55,513 nucleotides of DNA from a virus (lineage: Duplodnaviria; Caudoviricetes), in the IMG/VR virus record IMGVR_UViG_3300030090_003604, positions 1-55,513 of that record; one strand, 5' to 3'. The translations under genes and the position numbers were made by a program. The notes under the pieces are model-generated. The model did no database searches. It was not told where the DNA came from and saw only the letters and a program-made list of their open reading frames with translations. This document shows, piece by piece, positions 45,489 to 55,512 of the stretch (its first letter is position 1; every line of letters starts with the position of its first letter).

Positions 45489-45835
45489 TATTTTTTCTCC
45501 TTATTCATTTCGGCTAAAGCAGTTGCTTCCATTAGTTGTAGACCTTCAAACATTTCTTGTCGGTTATCTATATTGTATACGTCAAATAGTCCTCCGTTAA
45601 GTAGGAGAACTTCATATTTTAATCCTACCGCACCTCCAAAGGACATATTCCATTGTGTTTGTATTCTTAAAAACATCATAACAATTTCCCAATTATCTTC
45701 AAACACTTCAAAATCTTTCTTGACATCTGGCTGCTTCTTTAATTTAATACCAAATGCTTTTGCATCATCCTCGGTATTATCAATTAATTCTGTGCTACCC
45801 GAAGCCCAGTATTTGGCAGCATCGACTAGTTTCCC
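45488..45835 (-). CDS. Tail assembly chaperone gpT-like frame (made by -1 frameshift)
   Basis: Open from the slippery site: LVDAAKYW...FEVFEDNWE...TQW...GLKY...LQLME..AL. Confidence 0.8.
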   Translation of the reverse strand, partial: GKLVDAAKYWASGSTELIDNTEDDAKAFGIKLKKQPDVKKDFEVFEDNWEIVMMFLRIQTQWNMSFGGAVGLKYEVLLLNGGLFDVYNIDNRQEMFEGLQLMEATALAEMNKEKK

Positions 45836-46158
45836 GCTTGAGAATTTCCATAAAATCCTCTAAAAGCATCTAAAACACCTTTAACGAAATCTACATCCTC
45901 ACTAAATTCTTTTAAAACTGTCTTACTAAAATTAATAGGAGTACCATCTTCTTCATTAATATCCTCCCAACCAACTAAAATTTTTTGCAATGCAGAAAAT
46001 TCATCTTCATTATCAAAATTATCTAATTCAGATCTTTTTAATCTTTTAAATTTGCCAATAAATTTGTCAACATCAAATTCTCCAGGTGTATCTAATGAAG
46101 GACGTTTAACCTCTACAGGCCAGGGATAAATATTTCCCTTCTTTCTGACAAATGCCAT
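45826..46158 (-). CDS. Tail assembly chaperone gpG-like
   Basis: WPV.V..P, LVGWEDI..EDG.PI.FS; between tube and tape measure. Confidence 0.8.
   Translation of the reverse strand: MAFVRKKGNIYPWPVEVKRPSLDTPGEFDVDKFIGKFKRLKRSELDNFDNEDEFSALQKILVGWEDINEEDGTPINFSKTVLKEFSEDVDFVKGVLDAFRGFYGNSQAGN
45829..45835 (-). promoter_or_regulatory. Programmed -1 frameshift heptamer G GGA AAC
   Basis: X XXY YYZ directly before the gpG TAG; -1 frame open to 45488. Confidence 0.85.
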
Positions 46159-46208
46159 AAACAGTAAATAATATATATACTTCTATACTTTAGCTAGGAA
46201 GTCAATGT

Positions 46209-47159
46209 TTATGTATAAATTAAGCTAAATTCATCTCCTTCTGCTGCTGTTGATGATGCACTTGGTACGAGTGTAAAAGGTATATCTAGCATGACAACAC
46301 CTTGCATATCACTATAAGCAACATCGCCTATATCAACTCTAGAAGAAGTAAATTGAACTTTATTACCAGCAGTTGTTCCATGTAAAAATTGTAAATTTCC
46401 TAAAGAACCTTCTGCAAGTGCAGCAGCAAAATAATCCTTAGTGCCTAAAGCAACAGCTTCTATTGAAACAGAACCGCTTGCAGCCCTATCAGTTATAAGT
46501 ACTTCTTTAGCGGAAGAAGCTCCAACAAGTTCTCTATACTCAACAGTATTTCCTAAATCCATTGTTACAGATTGTAATAACCCTGCATAACTTAGTAGTT
46601 GAAAACCTGTTGTATTTCCGTTTTTAAATATTAATGGTGACGCTTGATCGCCATATGTGATTGTTGGAAGTGCAGAATCTGTTGGGGCTACATACTCTCC
46701 AGTAAACGTAAAATCAATCCGTGGGATTGCTCCTACCTCGGCTGCAATTGAAAATGTACCTCGGCAATTAATTGCCTTATGAAGGACACCATCTACGTTG
46801 TAATGGATAGTAACTGTCTCAATACCTGTAGACATTGGCTTGTAAGTAACAGAAGTTCCAGAAGCAATTGTTTCCTTCATGCCACAGGCTTCTAAGGCTT
46901 TTGAATATCGAGGGGCAGTTCCAGCTGTGCCTGATCCAGCAAGTTCCACAGAAAATGTACATTCAACCTTTGTGTTTGCTAATAACTGCTCACTAGCACC
47001 AAAATAAGGTCTAACAACATCTCTATTTACTACATCACTTGATTGTGGTGTGATACTCAAATCAATAACTTGTACTGCGTCAGTAGCTCCAACAGTTGCT
47101 TCTGAAGTACCAGATTCAGTTTCGATAAGAATAACTCTTTTTCTTTGCAATAATGCCAT
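46209..47159 (-). CDS. Major tail tube protein
   Basis: VELAGSGTAGTAP, CRGTF, FTFTG, HGTTAGN; position. Confidence 0.85.
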   Translation of the reverse strand: MALLQRKRVILIETESGTSEATVGATDAVQVIDLSITPQSSDVVNRDVVRPYFGASEQLLANTKVECTFSVELAGSGTAGTAPRYSKALEACGMKETIASGTSVTYKPMSTGIETVTIHYNVDGVLHKAINCRGTFSIAAEVGAIPRIDFTFTGEYVAPTDSALPTITYGDQASPLIFKNGNTTGFQLLSYAGLLQSVTMDLGNTVEYRELVGASSAKEVLITDRAASGSVSIEAVALGTKDYFAAALAEGSLGNLQFLHGTTAGNKVQFTSSRVDIGDVAYSDMQGVVMLDIPFTLVPSASSTAAEGDEFSLIYT

Positions 47160-47206
47160 TGGAGTTTTATCTAGCGTTCATTTAATATATTAGTCCAACA
47201 AGGTTG

Positions 47207-47635
47207 TTAGGTTGAAAGATTGTCATAAGAACTTCTATAATCTATTTCAAATTCTACAGATACAATCCCTGCGGGTTCATCTGCTTCTAATATTTCAAAG
47301 TTAGTTACTGAAGGTCTTATATCAATTGCCAAACCTCCAATAGTAGGATCAGTTAATAATTTTGTATACAAACTATTCACAGTAGGATCTGCAACTTTAT
47401 CTGGTATTTTTCCTCTTACAATTACAGATACTCTTACCCTAAATTCCCATGTAATCTTACTGAAAATAGTATCTGTTTCCCTGGGATTATCACTAACAGG
47501 TTCTAGTATGATTGCTGGAGTAGCTGCTTTGGTTAATGCTTCGGGGCGACTTCTATATATTCTTGTTGATACTCCTGTAGTACCTGTAAGCTTTGTTTTT
47601 AACGCAGCTAATATCTGTTCTCTTTTTGTTGCCAT
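47207..47635 (-). CDS. Tail terminator (gpU-like)
   Basis: TKREQIL, RIYRSR, DPT.GGLA.D; position. Confidence 0.7.
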   Translation of the reverse strand: MATKREQILAALKTKLTGTTGVSTRIYRSRPEALTKAATPAIILEPVSDNPRETDTIFSKITWEFRVRVSVIVRGKIPDKVADPTVNSLYTKLLTDPTIGGLAIDIRPSVTNFEILEADEPAGIVSVEFEIDYRSSYDNLST

Positions 47636-47636
47636 A

Positions 47637-47921
47637 TCAAGTGCTTTCTTTACTTAATGACACTATACACATACTACCGTCATCAATCTTTCTAACACTT
47701 CTTACCGTATAATCTTCATCGTTAACAACTATTTTATCTTCATATTCAACTAACCCAAAATCACTTGTTTTTCCTGTTAATTCATAATCAGTTGATACCA
47801 CAACTCCATCAGCTATCATTTCATCAGGCTGATCCAAAAAAGCTATATACTCTGCATTATCGTAGATAACAGAGTCTCTAAAATCTATGAAAAATGTATC
47901 TAAATCTTCTGTAAAAGGCAT
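47637..47921 (-). CDS. Head-tail joining protein (gpFII-like)
   Basis: FTEDLD.F..DF, Y.VR.V..IDDG. Confidence 0.7.
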   Translation of the reverse strand: MPFTEDLDTFFIDFRDSVIYDNAEYIAFLDQPDEMIADGVVVSTDYELTGKTSDFGLVEYEDKIVVNDEDYTVRSVRKIDDGSMCIVSLSKEST

Positions 47922-47922
47922 G

Positions 47923-47945
47923 AAAAAAAGCCCCAGTTAAGGGGC
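47923..47945 (-). terminator. Terminator after the capsid genes
   Basis: GCCCC-agttaa-GGGGC with an A7 tract. Confidence 0.75.
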
Positions 47946-47952
47946 AATAAAT

Positions 47953-48333
47953 TTAACCGTACTTCTTAAGACCTAATCCTGTTACAGATAGATCAAATGT
48001 AGGAGAAGATCCACCAATAGTGAACTTAACTCTTACATATCTTTTGCATTCATCAGAACTAATAGATAGTTTTTGTGATGATGCACTTCCAGTTACTTGA
48101 GTAAACGCTGCTCCAGACAATGCAGCAAAAGTTGAATTGTCAGCAGAATCTTCAATAGTTACATCTAGTGTTGGAGATGATCCACCACCAGCAGCAGAAT
48201 CAAGAATAAAAAGGATATCTCCTTCGTAATCTTTTAAATCGATACCAGTACCTTGACCAGTAGCAGTTTTAGTAGAAGTACCAAGACCTGTTAATAGATC
48301 TAGTCTTTCTAAGTTAACTCGGTTGTAGCCCAT
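47953..48333 (-). CDS. Capsid-associated/decoration-like protein (start revised to MGYNRV)
   Basis: GTGIDL.DY, TLDV.IEDS.DNS.F, KRYVR; between capsid and terminator. Confidence 0.6.
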   Translation of the reverse strand: MGYNRVNLERLDLLTGLGTSTKTATGQGTGIDLKDYEGDILFILDSAAGGGSSPTLDVTIEDSADNSTFAALSGAAFTQVTGSASSQKLSISSDECKRYVRVKFTIGGSSPTFDLSVTGLGLKKYG

Positions 48334-48334
48334 G

Positions 48335-48523
48335 TTAATCGTCCTTAACAACAGTTTTAGGTTTAGGTTTAGGCTTTGCTTTTGTTGTTGCCTTAACAAC
48401 AGGGATTACAGCCTTACCGCTGCCTATAAGCGATCTAGCTAAATCTTGATCTACATCAATGGTTGTGCCAGAGTCCTTATGGACTCCAGCTATCAACACA
48501 CCTCTTATAAGTTCTACTTTCAT
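48335..48523 (-). CDS. Small post-capsid protein (start revised to MKVELIR)
   Basis: A..LI..GKA motif, Lys/Pro tail; starts right after the capsid stop. Confidence 0.6.
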   Translation of the reverse strand: MKVELIRGVLIAGVHKDSGTTIDVDQDLARSLIGSGKAVIPVVKATTKAKPKPKPKTVVKDD

Positions 48524-48524
48524 A

Positions 48525-51011
48525 TTAAGTAGCGAAACAGAAAGCTCCAGCTTGACGGATAGCGTAATCGATATCTTGTAAAGCAATGATTCTAACTGTT
48601 CCAGCAGTTGCACCAGCATATGGGTCAACTGTTAGATCTAAACCAGACCACATACCAACGATAAACTGACTAAAGTCTCCGAAGATTGCGTCATTGTTAG
48701 CTAATTGGTTAGAAACAATAGCGTCATAACCATTAATTTGGTTATTGTCGAATACAAACATACCTGTGTTTGAAGCTTTTTCTGTTGACTTCAAAGCACC
48801 TCTTGCAGAAGCATTAATGAGATACTTCATAGAACCGCCTTCAGCATTAGCAACAGCTACATCTGTTTCCATTCCGATGTACTCAGCAAAAGTACCGAAT
48901 GATGTTAGAGATTGAGAACCAATACCACTTGTATCTTTAAGACCTAATGGTTGGTTAGAAGAACCTGTTCCATAGATGGCTGTACGATCTAACTCAAGAG
49001 CAATCTTCTTAGCAATGTCATCTCTTACAAATGCTTCAATATCAATTGAAGATTGTAGAAGAGTTCTTCTAGTAAAGTCAGTAAATGCACCTATCGTTTT
49101 TGGTGTCATTGAAATTTGCGTAAAGCTTTGCTGACCCTCAGTTGGAGCGCCACCTTCACCTACCCAATAGGCACTGGTTGTACCGTCTTGCTTCGGAATT
49201 GAAATATTTCCTTCTAGACCAGTAAGCATAGTTACACCAGCTTCCATTATAGCCATCTTATTTCTTAAGATTTCTATAAATGAACCGCTTAGAAGCTCTG
49301 TACTAACTAGGTTTCCACCGTCAGCAGCAGTACCAACATTTAAGTCTCTTTTTAAAACTTCGTTAGGAACAATGATTCCTTTTGCTGGTCTACCATAACG
49401 CTTTGCAGCTTCATCAGAAACTTCTCTTTCAAATGTTGCAGCTTCTTGTGCTTGCTTATCTCCAGGAGAAGCTAATGCATTAATAGCTCTTAAGAAAGAG
49501 AATTGCTTAACTTCTTTCTTATCAAGAAATTCTTTGGATTGTTTTGGCTCAATCATGTCAGTAGAACGAATTGGAGTATTATTTACCTCTGCCTTGTTTT
49601 TGACAAGATCGAGGATTGCTGCTTTTGCTTCATTAGCGGATTTATTTCCTCTAATTAATGCATCTGCAATATCTTCTGCTCCATACTGTTTGTACTCACG
49701 ACATAAAGTTGTGATCTCAGCAGTACGAGCATTATTTTCGTCAATAGCACGTTTTACTTCGGCATTGACATCGATTTCAACGGCTGGAGCCGTATCCACC
49801 GCAGTTTCTTTAGTAGATTCTTCCATAGTGCGAACCGTGGGTGATGCGGGTTCAACCGCAGAATTTATCTCCTCGATAGGAGACTTATCTTCCATACTAA
49901 TACTATTACCTTGTGAGGGTTCTATCAAACTTCTTCCAAAACCCACAGAATTGTCCGCTGGAATCGTTGCCAGGCTAACTTCGTGCGGAATCCATGATAC
50001 TGCTCGTAGACCATCATCCATTTCCTCAAATTTTTCGATTGAATAACCAAACGAAATTCCACGATAAATACCGTCTTTAACGTCATCTAAGACTTCAGAA
50101 GCGAATTTAGAGCGAGAGAAGCGAATTTTAGCGTATCCACGCTTATCAGAAGAATCTATATATGCAGATTCCACTACTCCTAAAACACGATTAGGATCAT
50201 GGTTGTAGAGAAACGGAGCGCCATCATTTAGTCGTGCTAAATCTGCACTTCCATCTTCGTGGCTTAACACTTCGTTACCAAATACCCTCTTTACTGGGGC
50301 TTCTGATGAGAAAGGAAACTCAAATGTTCTTGATTTCACATTTTTGAAATCAGTAACTTCTTTTCTTTCAAACTTATCGGTTGCATCAATCATTCTGATT
50401 GGAGCAATTTTTGTAAGTGTTGAAAACTTGTGTCCTACTTTTCTGTCAGTAGCCTCACCATTTCTATATAAAGTAATTAGTGCCGCTGGATCATCAGCTG
50501 TACCTGTAATCGTAAATGACGAATCTGGTACGTCAATTGATCCATCTCTTACGATCCTAGTGATTTTACCTCTTGCAGTACCACCACTAGAATTCCAAGA
50601 AACAAAGTCACCAGTTTTTAAGGCATCTGGTGCTGCTCTTTCTTCTGTCTGTTCAGACATAGTGCGCTCCCTTGCTTTTTTGATTGCATTAGATTTTGAC
50701 CTAGCCCAAGTCTGACCAGAATCTGACCCCCAAGCTGACCAGGCCACCCTGCCTTTTGAAGGGTAGCCCTCCTCGCCTGAGTTAAATCCTTTGCCTTGTT
50801 TGTCAACTTCATGTCGAGCAAACCATGCATTCATTGTAATAACTGTATCAGGGGATAGCTCATTTCCACTTAATATTTGTGTAGCTCTTCTTGCAGCATC
50901 ATCAGTTCCCCCTGCTCTACCTTCTTTTTTCCATTTTCTATATTGCTTGGCAGCACTTCTCATTGCCTCTGTAGGCATAAGATTAATTTCTGTTCCGTTT
51001 ACATTTGCCAT
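48525..51011 (-). CDS. Fused prohead protease-scaffold-major capsid protein (HK97 fold) with two extra N-terminal domains
   Basis: FSSE.PV.R.FG.EVL.H, PFL.NHD, SFGY, PHEVSL..IPAD..VG.GR; AYWVGEG, IFGDFS, DLTVDPY. Confidence 0.9.
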   Translation of the reverse strand: MANVNGTEINLMPTEAMRSAAKQYRKWKKEGRAGGTDDAARRATQILSGNELSPDTVITMNAWFARHEVDKQGKGFNSGEEGYPSKGRVAWSAWGSDSGQTWARSKSNAIKKARERTMSEQTEERAAPDALKTGDFVSWNSSGGTARGKITRIVRDGSIDVPDSSFTITGTADDPAALITLYRNGEATDRKVGHKFSTLTKIAPIRMIDATDKFERKEVTDFKNVKSRTFEFPFSSEAPVKRVFGNEVLSHEDGSADLARLNDGAPFLYNHDPNRVLGVVESAYIDSSDKRGYAKIRFSRSKFASEVLDDVKDGIYRGISFGYSIEKFEEMDDGLRAVSWIPHEVSLATIPADNSVGFGRSLIEPSQGNSISMEDKSPIEEINSAVEPASPTVRTMEESTKETAVDTAPAVEIDVNAEVKRAIDENNARTAEITTLCREYKQYGAEDIADALIRGNKSANEAKAAILDLVKNKAEVNNTPIRSTDMIEPKQSKEFLDKKEVKQFSFLRAINALASPGDKQAQEAATFEREVSDEAAKRYGRPAKGIIVPNEVLKRDLNVGTAADGGNLVSTELLSGSFIEILRNKMAIMEAGVTMLTGLEGNISIPKQDGTTSAYWVGEGGAPTEGQQSFTQISMTPKTIGAFTDFTRRTLLQSSIDIEAFVRDDIAKKIALELDRTAIYGTGSSNQPLGLKDTSGIGSQSLTSFGTFAEYIGMETDVAVANAEGGSMKYLINASARGALKSTEKASNTGMFVFDNNQINGYDAIVSNQLANNDAIFGDFSQFIVGMWSGLDLTVDPYAGATAGTVRIIALQDIDYAIRQAGAFCFAT

Positions 51012-52553
51012 TTACTTTTTACTCCTTTTACTAGTTTTTGATCTTTCTGGTTGAGGTGGAGTGTTAGGAGATAAATCAAGTTCCATTTGACCCATTTCTA
51101 CCTCTAAATCTAAATCCTTATCTAATGTAACTCCTAACCCTTTAGCGACTTCTTGTTCTCTTGCTATTTCTGCAACAATATCGTCATAATCTCCACCACC
51201 GTTCATTGATATAACTTGTGACTTAGTCATATATCCAGCCTGTTCAGCCTCTCTATATGCTTTTATTTCTTTTAAAGGATCAACATAATGTTGTGTAGGA
51301 GGAGTCCATCTTGGTTTGCAATATCTATCAGAATTAGTTGCATAATCTGGTAAATCTAAATCTCCTACTAACACAGACAAACCTAACCATTCTTTAAATA
51401 CTCGATAATGAAAGTTTTCAATAATATATTGCTGACAGAATTTCCAATGTTCTCTGTCTTCTAACAAGCTGAGTCTTGAACTAGAATAGTTTGTTTCGCT
51501 GAAATCTTTACTAATAGTTTCATAGCTACACCCAATTCCAGACGCAAAACGTCTAATTTTGTTTTTTACAAACATCTCATATTGTTGAGATGGATAATCA
51601 ACATCAGGAACAGTAACGCTTTCATTCGGTGCTAGATATCTAAAACTTCCAGGTTGAAAATCTTGTACTCTTTCATTTGCAACAACATCATCTCCAATAA
51701 GTTCTCCACCATTATTTGTAATAAAACCTTGAATACTTGCTCCAGCTCGCGCTCGAATTACCGCTGCTTCTTCGTAGCCTTGCAATTGGTGCATATCTTC
51801 CATTACAGGATGAAACCAAGGCACACCTCTGTTTTGACCTGGTCTTTCTGGTAAAAATAAATGGATAATATCTTCTGCGGGTAAAATTAAATTTTTCTTT
51901 TGCTTTCCTTGGTTAGTTAGATAATATGCATCTCCAGGATGTCGTGACATTATTGAATACCTAACAGGACGACCCCATTGATCAACTTCCACTCCATTTC
52001 TCCACTCATTAGCTTTTGCTAATGTATCGCCACTATATTCTTCATCCAATAAATCACTTTCAATTATTTGTAATGCAATTGGTACTCTTGAATCTCCAAA
52101 CGGTTTTCTGACAATCCTAAATAATGCTTCTCCACTTTCTGGTAATGCTCCAGCTAATAACCACTCAAATTGATGAAAGCTATGACGACCAGCACAATCG
52201 CAGTTATATGCTTTAGTCCATTTTGCCCATTTTTCTTCTATTTCTTTGTTTTTTCTTTCATCTCTTTTACCTCCTCGTTGTTGTGTAACTAAAGATTGAA
52301 ACTTCATACCAGTCCCAACAATATTTAACTGTGTTGTTCTTTTTACCTGTTTTGCATATGGATTATTTCTAATTAATTCTCTTGATCTATCTCTTAATTT
52401 TCTAAGACTATTTCTAACTTCTGCATCTGCACTTAGTTGACTACTAAGCCAATCAGAATTAAGTCTGGTTACTACCGCACCTTGATAACCTCTTCTCATC
52501 TTTCCAAAAGATCTTGGAAATAATACAGCTAATGTTCTTTGAAATATATTCAT
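51012..52553 (-). CDS. Portal protein, lambda family
   Basis: LRDRSREL.RNNPY, GVE.D.WGRP..Y, RPGQ.RGVPW, NYSSSR, VDPLKE. Confidence 0.93.
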   Translation of the reverse strand: MNIFQRTLAVLFPRSFGKMRRGYQGAVVTRLNSDWLSSQLSADAEVRNSLRKLRDRSRELIRNNPYAKQVKRTTQLNIVGTGMKFQSLVTQQRGGKRDERKNKEIEEKWAKWTKAYNCDCAGRHSFHQFEWLLAGALPESGEALFRIVRKPFGDSRVPIALQIIESDLLDEEYSGDTLAKANEWRNGVEVDQWGRPVRYSIMSRHPGDAYYLTNQGKQKKNLILPAEDIIHLFLPERPGQNRGVPWFHPVMEDMHQLQGYEEAAVIRARAGASIQGFITNNGGELIGDDVVANERVQDFQPGSFRYLAPNESVTVPDVDYPSQQYEMFVKNKIRRFASGIGCSYETISKDFSETNYSSSRLSLLEDREHWKFCQQYIIENFHYRVFKEWLGLSVLVGDLDLPDYATNSDRYCKPRWTPPTQHYVDPLKEIKAYREAEQAGYMTKSQVISMNGGGDYDDIVAEIAREQEVAKGLGVTLDKDLDLEVEMGQMELDLSPNTPPQPERSKTSKRSKK

Positions 52554-53134
52554 TATTTAAACCTCACATATAAAGCTCGTGGATTACCAAGACCATTCGC
52601 CATAGTTTCTGCTTGTTTTTCTCGTGCCACAATAGCAGCATATTCTCCTTTTAAAACCATTAACTCAGCTAAATCATACTTTTTAGCTGATCTTGTTCCT
52701 ATTTTATAATCTTGTATAGCACCACCTTTAATAATATTATCAATTGCTGTTTTTATAAGGTCTAATGTTTTTTCTGCTTCACTACGACCATCAAATGGTT
52801 TAGGGTTAGATCCTGTAAAAGCAAGACTAGGTAAAACTTCAAATGTTCCTGTACCTATCGTTTTAGATATAGCAGTACCTGTTTTACTAGCAACTGCTTG
52901 AAAAAACCAATTACCATCAACAAAATCTGCTGTAGTTGCTGCTGGAATACTAAACTGAAATCCATCACCATATGCTGAACTGGATATACTTGCACCAAAC
53001 TTACTTTTATTTGTTCGCAAATAATAAATAACTGTCCAGTTTGGACTATTGATTGGATCTCCAAATACATCAGTAGTAGCTGGATCTCGCCATTCAATTA
53101 AATCGCCAGAACGTATTTTAGAAGGAAATACCAC
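52553..53134 (-). CDS. Head-tail adaptor (gpW-like C-terminus)
   Basis: Q.YKIGTRS.K...L.EL; between terminase and portal. Confidence 0.65.
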   Translation of the reverse strand: MVFPSKIRSGDLIEWRDPATTDVFGDPINSPNWTVIYYLRTNKSKFGASISSSAYGDGFQFSIPAATTADFVDGNWFFQAVASKTGTAISKTIGTGTFEVLPSLAFTGSNPKPFDGRSEAEKTLDLIKTAIDNIIKGGAIQDYKIGTRSAKKYDLAELMVLKGEYAAIVAREKQAETMANGLGNPRALYVRFK

Positions 53135-53140
53135 GTTTTT

Positions 53141-55009
53141 TTACCATTTAGACACGAAATTAGTCCTTTTAAGACTATTTTTACTCCTTGAGTCTAACTT
53201 AGCACCCTTTTTAGGTTCATCAGGATTTAATCTTTTTTCAAATTGATCAAATATCGTTCTTCTGTCATATTTTTGTAACAATCTTTGCCAAGCAGCATAT
53301 GCGTATACCATTTCATCAAGGGCTTCATTTCTAGCATCACTTTTTTTAACCCACACTCTTTCTTGATAACCATGCTTATACCTAAGAACTTGTCGCTCTG
53401 CGGTTAATTCTTCAAAATAATCATGTGTGATCGTTGGATAAAAATGTATATATCCTTCCCCTGGTTCTGCATCTTTTAGTCGGTTATGTAATGTTGATTT
53501 AATTACATCTACACCAACAGGAAATAATTGAACTCCTCTTTTAAGTGCTTTACCAGAAAAATTAATATCAACTTTACTTGGTTTACCTAAAGGTGGTTTT
53601 CCTTTTTGTCCCATACCTTTTATTCCTATTAATCCTAAATGAGTTCTTTCTCTTACATATTGATAAACTTCTTGGGTAAAATGACCACCAGTATCAATCG
53701 CAGCACTATCAATCTTTAACTGCTTTCCTTCTTCATTTGTATACTTACCCAACAAAACTTCATCCATCTGTTTCCATAAATCTGCTCTAGCTGGAGAACC
53801 ATATATAACTTTTCTATCTATTAAATACATTTCCTCATTACGTCCTATACCCCAAACACTCATAGAAAGTCTGTCATCTTGTACGTCACATCCGAGACAC
53901 AAAGTAAGAACTTCTTTTGGTGGTATGTTTTGTTCGTATTGTTCATCTGCTGCTCTCTTCATTAATCCATCTGCACCAACCTTGCTGGCATACATATCTT
54001 CCCAACAATCTCCACAAATGGTGTTAATCCACGTTTTTAACTGTTCTGGATCATTTTTACTTTGCAAAAATTCTTCGACAAGATTAGACCAACTCGCATT
54101 TGGAGAATATGAATATGCAGCCCATATATGAAAACCAACGTGTTTAGGATTACCTGGAGCAGTAGCTCTCCATTCTCCTCTTTCTATCATCCATCTTTTT
54201 TTACTATGTGGTATTAAACAACCACAACTTTCACATCCATACGCAACTGTATCTGGATCATTATCTCGCCATTTCATATTTGACCATTTCAGATATTGCA
54301 TATGACCACATTCGGGACACGGAATGAAGTAGCGCATTTGGTTCGTCTGATTAAATAATCTTTCGATACGACTAAAGTCTTTAATTGTTGGTGTTGAGCC
54401 AGCTACTATCTTTCTATTCCAATAATATTCTGTTCTTCTGATACCAAGTTTTATTTGATCACCCTCAGTTCCTGCCGAGGCAGGGTAGCCATCTACCTCA
54501 TCGAACAGGACAATACGTCTGGATACCCTACGAAAACCTCTAGCACTATTTGCACCAACTAAAGATAATGTCCCCCCTGGAAAGTTTTTTTGCAATAAAG
54601 TATTACTTCCATCTTTTGCTTTAGGATCACTTACTAATCCATGCAAACATTTTGTATCGCGCAACATGGGGCTGACTTCTTCTTTAGAATACCCAGTAGC
54701 ATCGTCTATAGTTGGCTGAACAACCATGATAGGACAGGGATCTTGGTGGATATGATATCCAATAATATGATTTAAAATTTTAGAATATCCAACCCTCGCT
54801 GACTTCATAACTGTCACTTGCTCTACTTTCGGATCAGTTATGGCATCCATTATTCCTTTTTGATATGGAAGTGTTCTCCAACGACCACCTTCTGCTGAAC
54901 TTTCTGCGGAAAGATAGGCAAAATTATCCGCCCATTGGCTCAAACTAAGCTTTTTAGGCGGTTTAAAGGCTAAATAAGCTCTTTTTTCTAGTTTTAAGAG
55001 GTTATTCAT
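53141..55009 (-). CDS. terL: Terminase large subunit, lambda gpA family
   Basis: KSARVGYS, FDEVDGYP, STPT, CPECG, DVQDDR, IDTGG, RNEALD. Confidence 0.95.
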   Translation of the reverse strand: MNNLLKLEKRAYLAFKPPKKLSLSQWADNFAYLSAESSAEGGRWRTLPYQKGIMDAITDPKVEQVTVMKSARVGYSKILNHIIGYHIHQDPCPIMVVQPTIDDATGYSKEEVSPMLRDTKCLHGLVSDPKAKDGSNTLLQKNFPGGTLSLVGANSARGFRRVSRRIVLFDEVDGYPASAGTEGDQIKLGIRRTEYYWNRKIVAGSTPTIKDFSRIERLFNQTNQMRYFIPCPECGHMQYLKWSNMKWRDNDPDTVAYGCESCGCLIPHSKKRWMIERGEWRATAPGNPKHVGFHIWAAYSYSPNASWSNLVEEFLQSKNDPEQLKTWINTICGDCWEDMYASKVGADGLMKRAADEQYEQNIPPKEVLTLCLGCDVQDDRLSMSVWGIGRNEEMYLIDRKVIYGSPARADLWKQMDEVLLGKYTNEEGKQLKIDSAAIDTGGHFTQEVYQYVRERTHLGLIGIKGMGQKGKPPLGKPSKVDINFSGKALKRGVQLFPVGVDVIKSTLHNRLKDAEPGEGYIHFYPTITHDYFEELTAERQVLRYKHGYQERVWVKKSDARNEALDEMVYAYAAWQRLLQKYDRRTIFDQFEKRLNPDEPKKGAKLDSRSKNSLKRTNFVSKW

Positions 55010-55512
55010 GCTGCTGATAACTCTTCTAACGCTTCACGGACAATATCATCTAAACAAGACACCGCATTTGCATCTAAATCTGGTATTCTTTGTTTTGCTT
55101 TAGCTGGAAGACCTAATAATTTGGTTCTTGCATTAGTAATGATGTCGCACCATTTATTTTCTACTTCATCCATAGGAACTAATTCTTTTTCTTTCATTTT
55201 GCGTTCAAGTTCTAATAATTCTGCTTTTAAATGTTCTGTTCTTGCTTTACTTTCTTCATATTGTGGTATTGACTCATCTGTTTTACTAAGTCGGGATCTA
55301 TGGACGACTACATTATTGTCCTTAGATGTGGTTCTTACTCTTTTAAATGCAGATTTGCTATACCATTCGTCTTCTAATGTATCGCTGTTAATTACAATTT
55401 TCCCTTTGTCATCTGTCATCGCTGTAAGACGACCTTCTTTGATTGCACCGTAAACAGCTTGAATTGTTACTCCCATTTTCTCTGCTGCTTGCTTTCTGGT
55501 AATAAGAGCCAT
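55006..55512 (-). CDS. terS: Terminase small subunit (Nu1-like)
   Basis: N-terminal HTH, KA.L.ELE, R.KLL.LP, REALEEL; ATGA overlap with terL. Confidence 0.85.
   Translation of the reverse strand: MALITRKQAAEKMGVTIQAVYGAIKEGRLTAMTDDKGKIVINSDTLEDEWYSKSAFKRVRTTSKDNNVVVHRSRLSKTDESIPQYEESKARTEHLKAELLELERKMKEKELVPMDEVENKWCDIITNARTKLLGLPAKAKQRIPDLDANAVSCLDDIVREALEELSAA

Noticed and set aside
47953-48628. Long overlaps among post-capsid ORFs as dual coding
   Set aside because: Downstream ATGs at 48523 and 48333 give non-overlapping, tightly spaced genes
27813-55453. Many plus-strand ORFs in the structural region (e.g. 32823-33254, 45477-45863, 49534-50046, 50344-50715, 55121-55453)
   Set aside because: Antisense shadows of well-supported minus-strand genes, with no recognisable motifs
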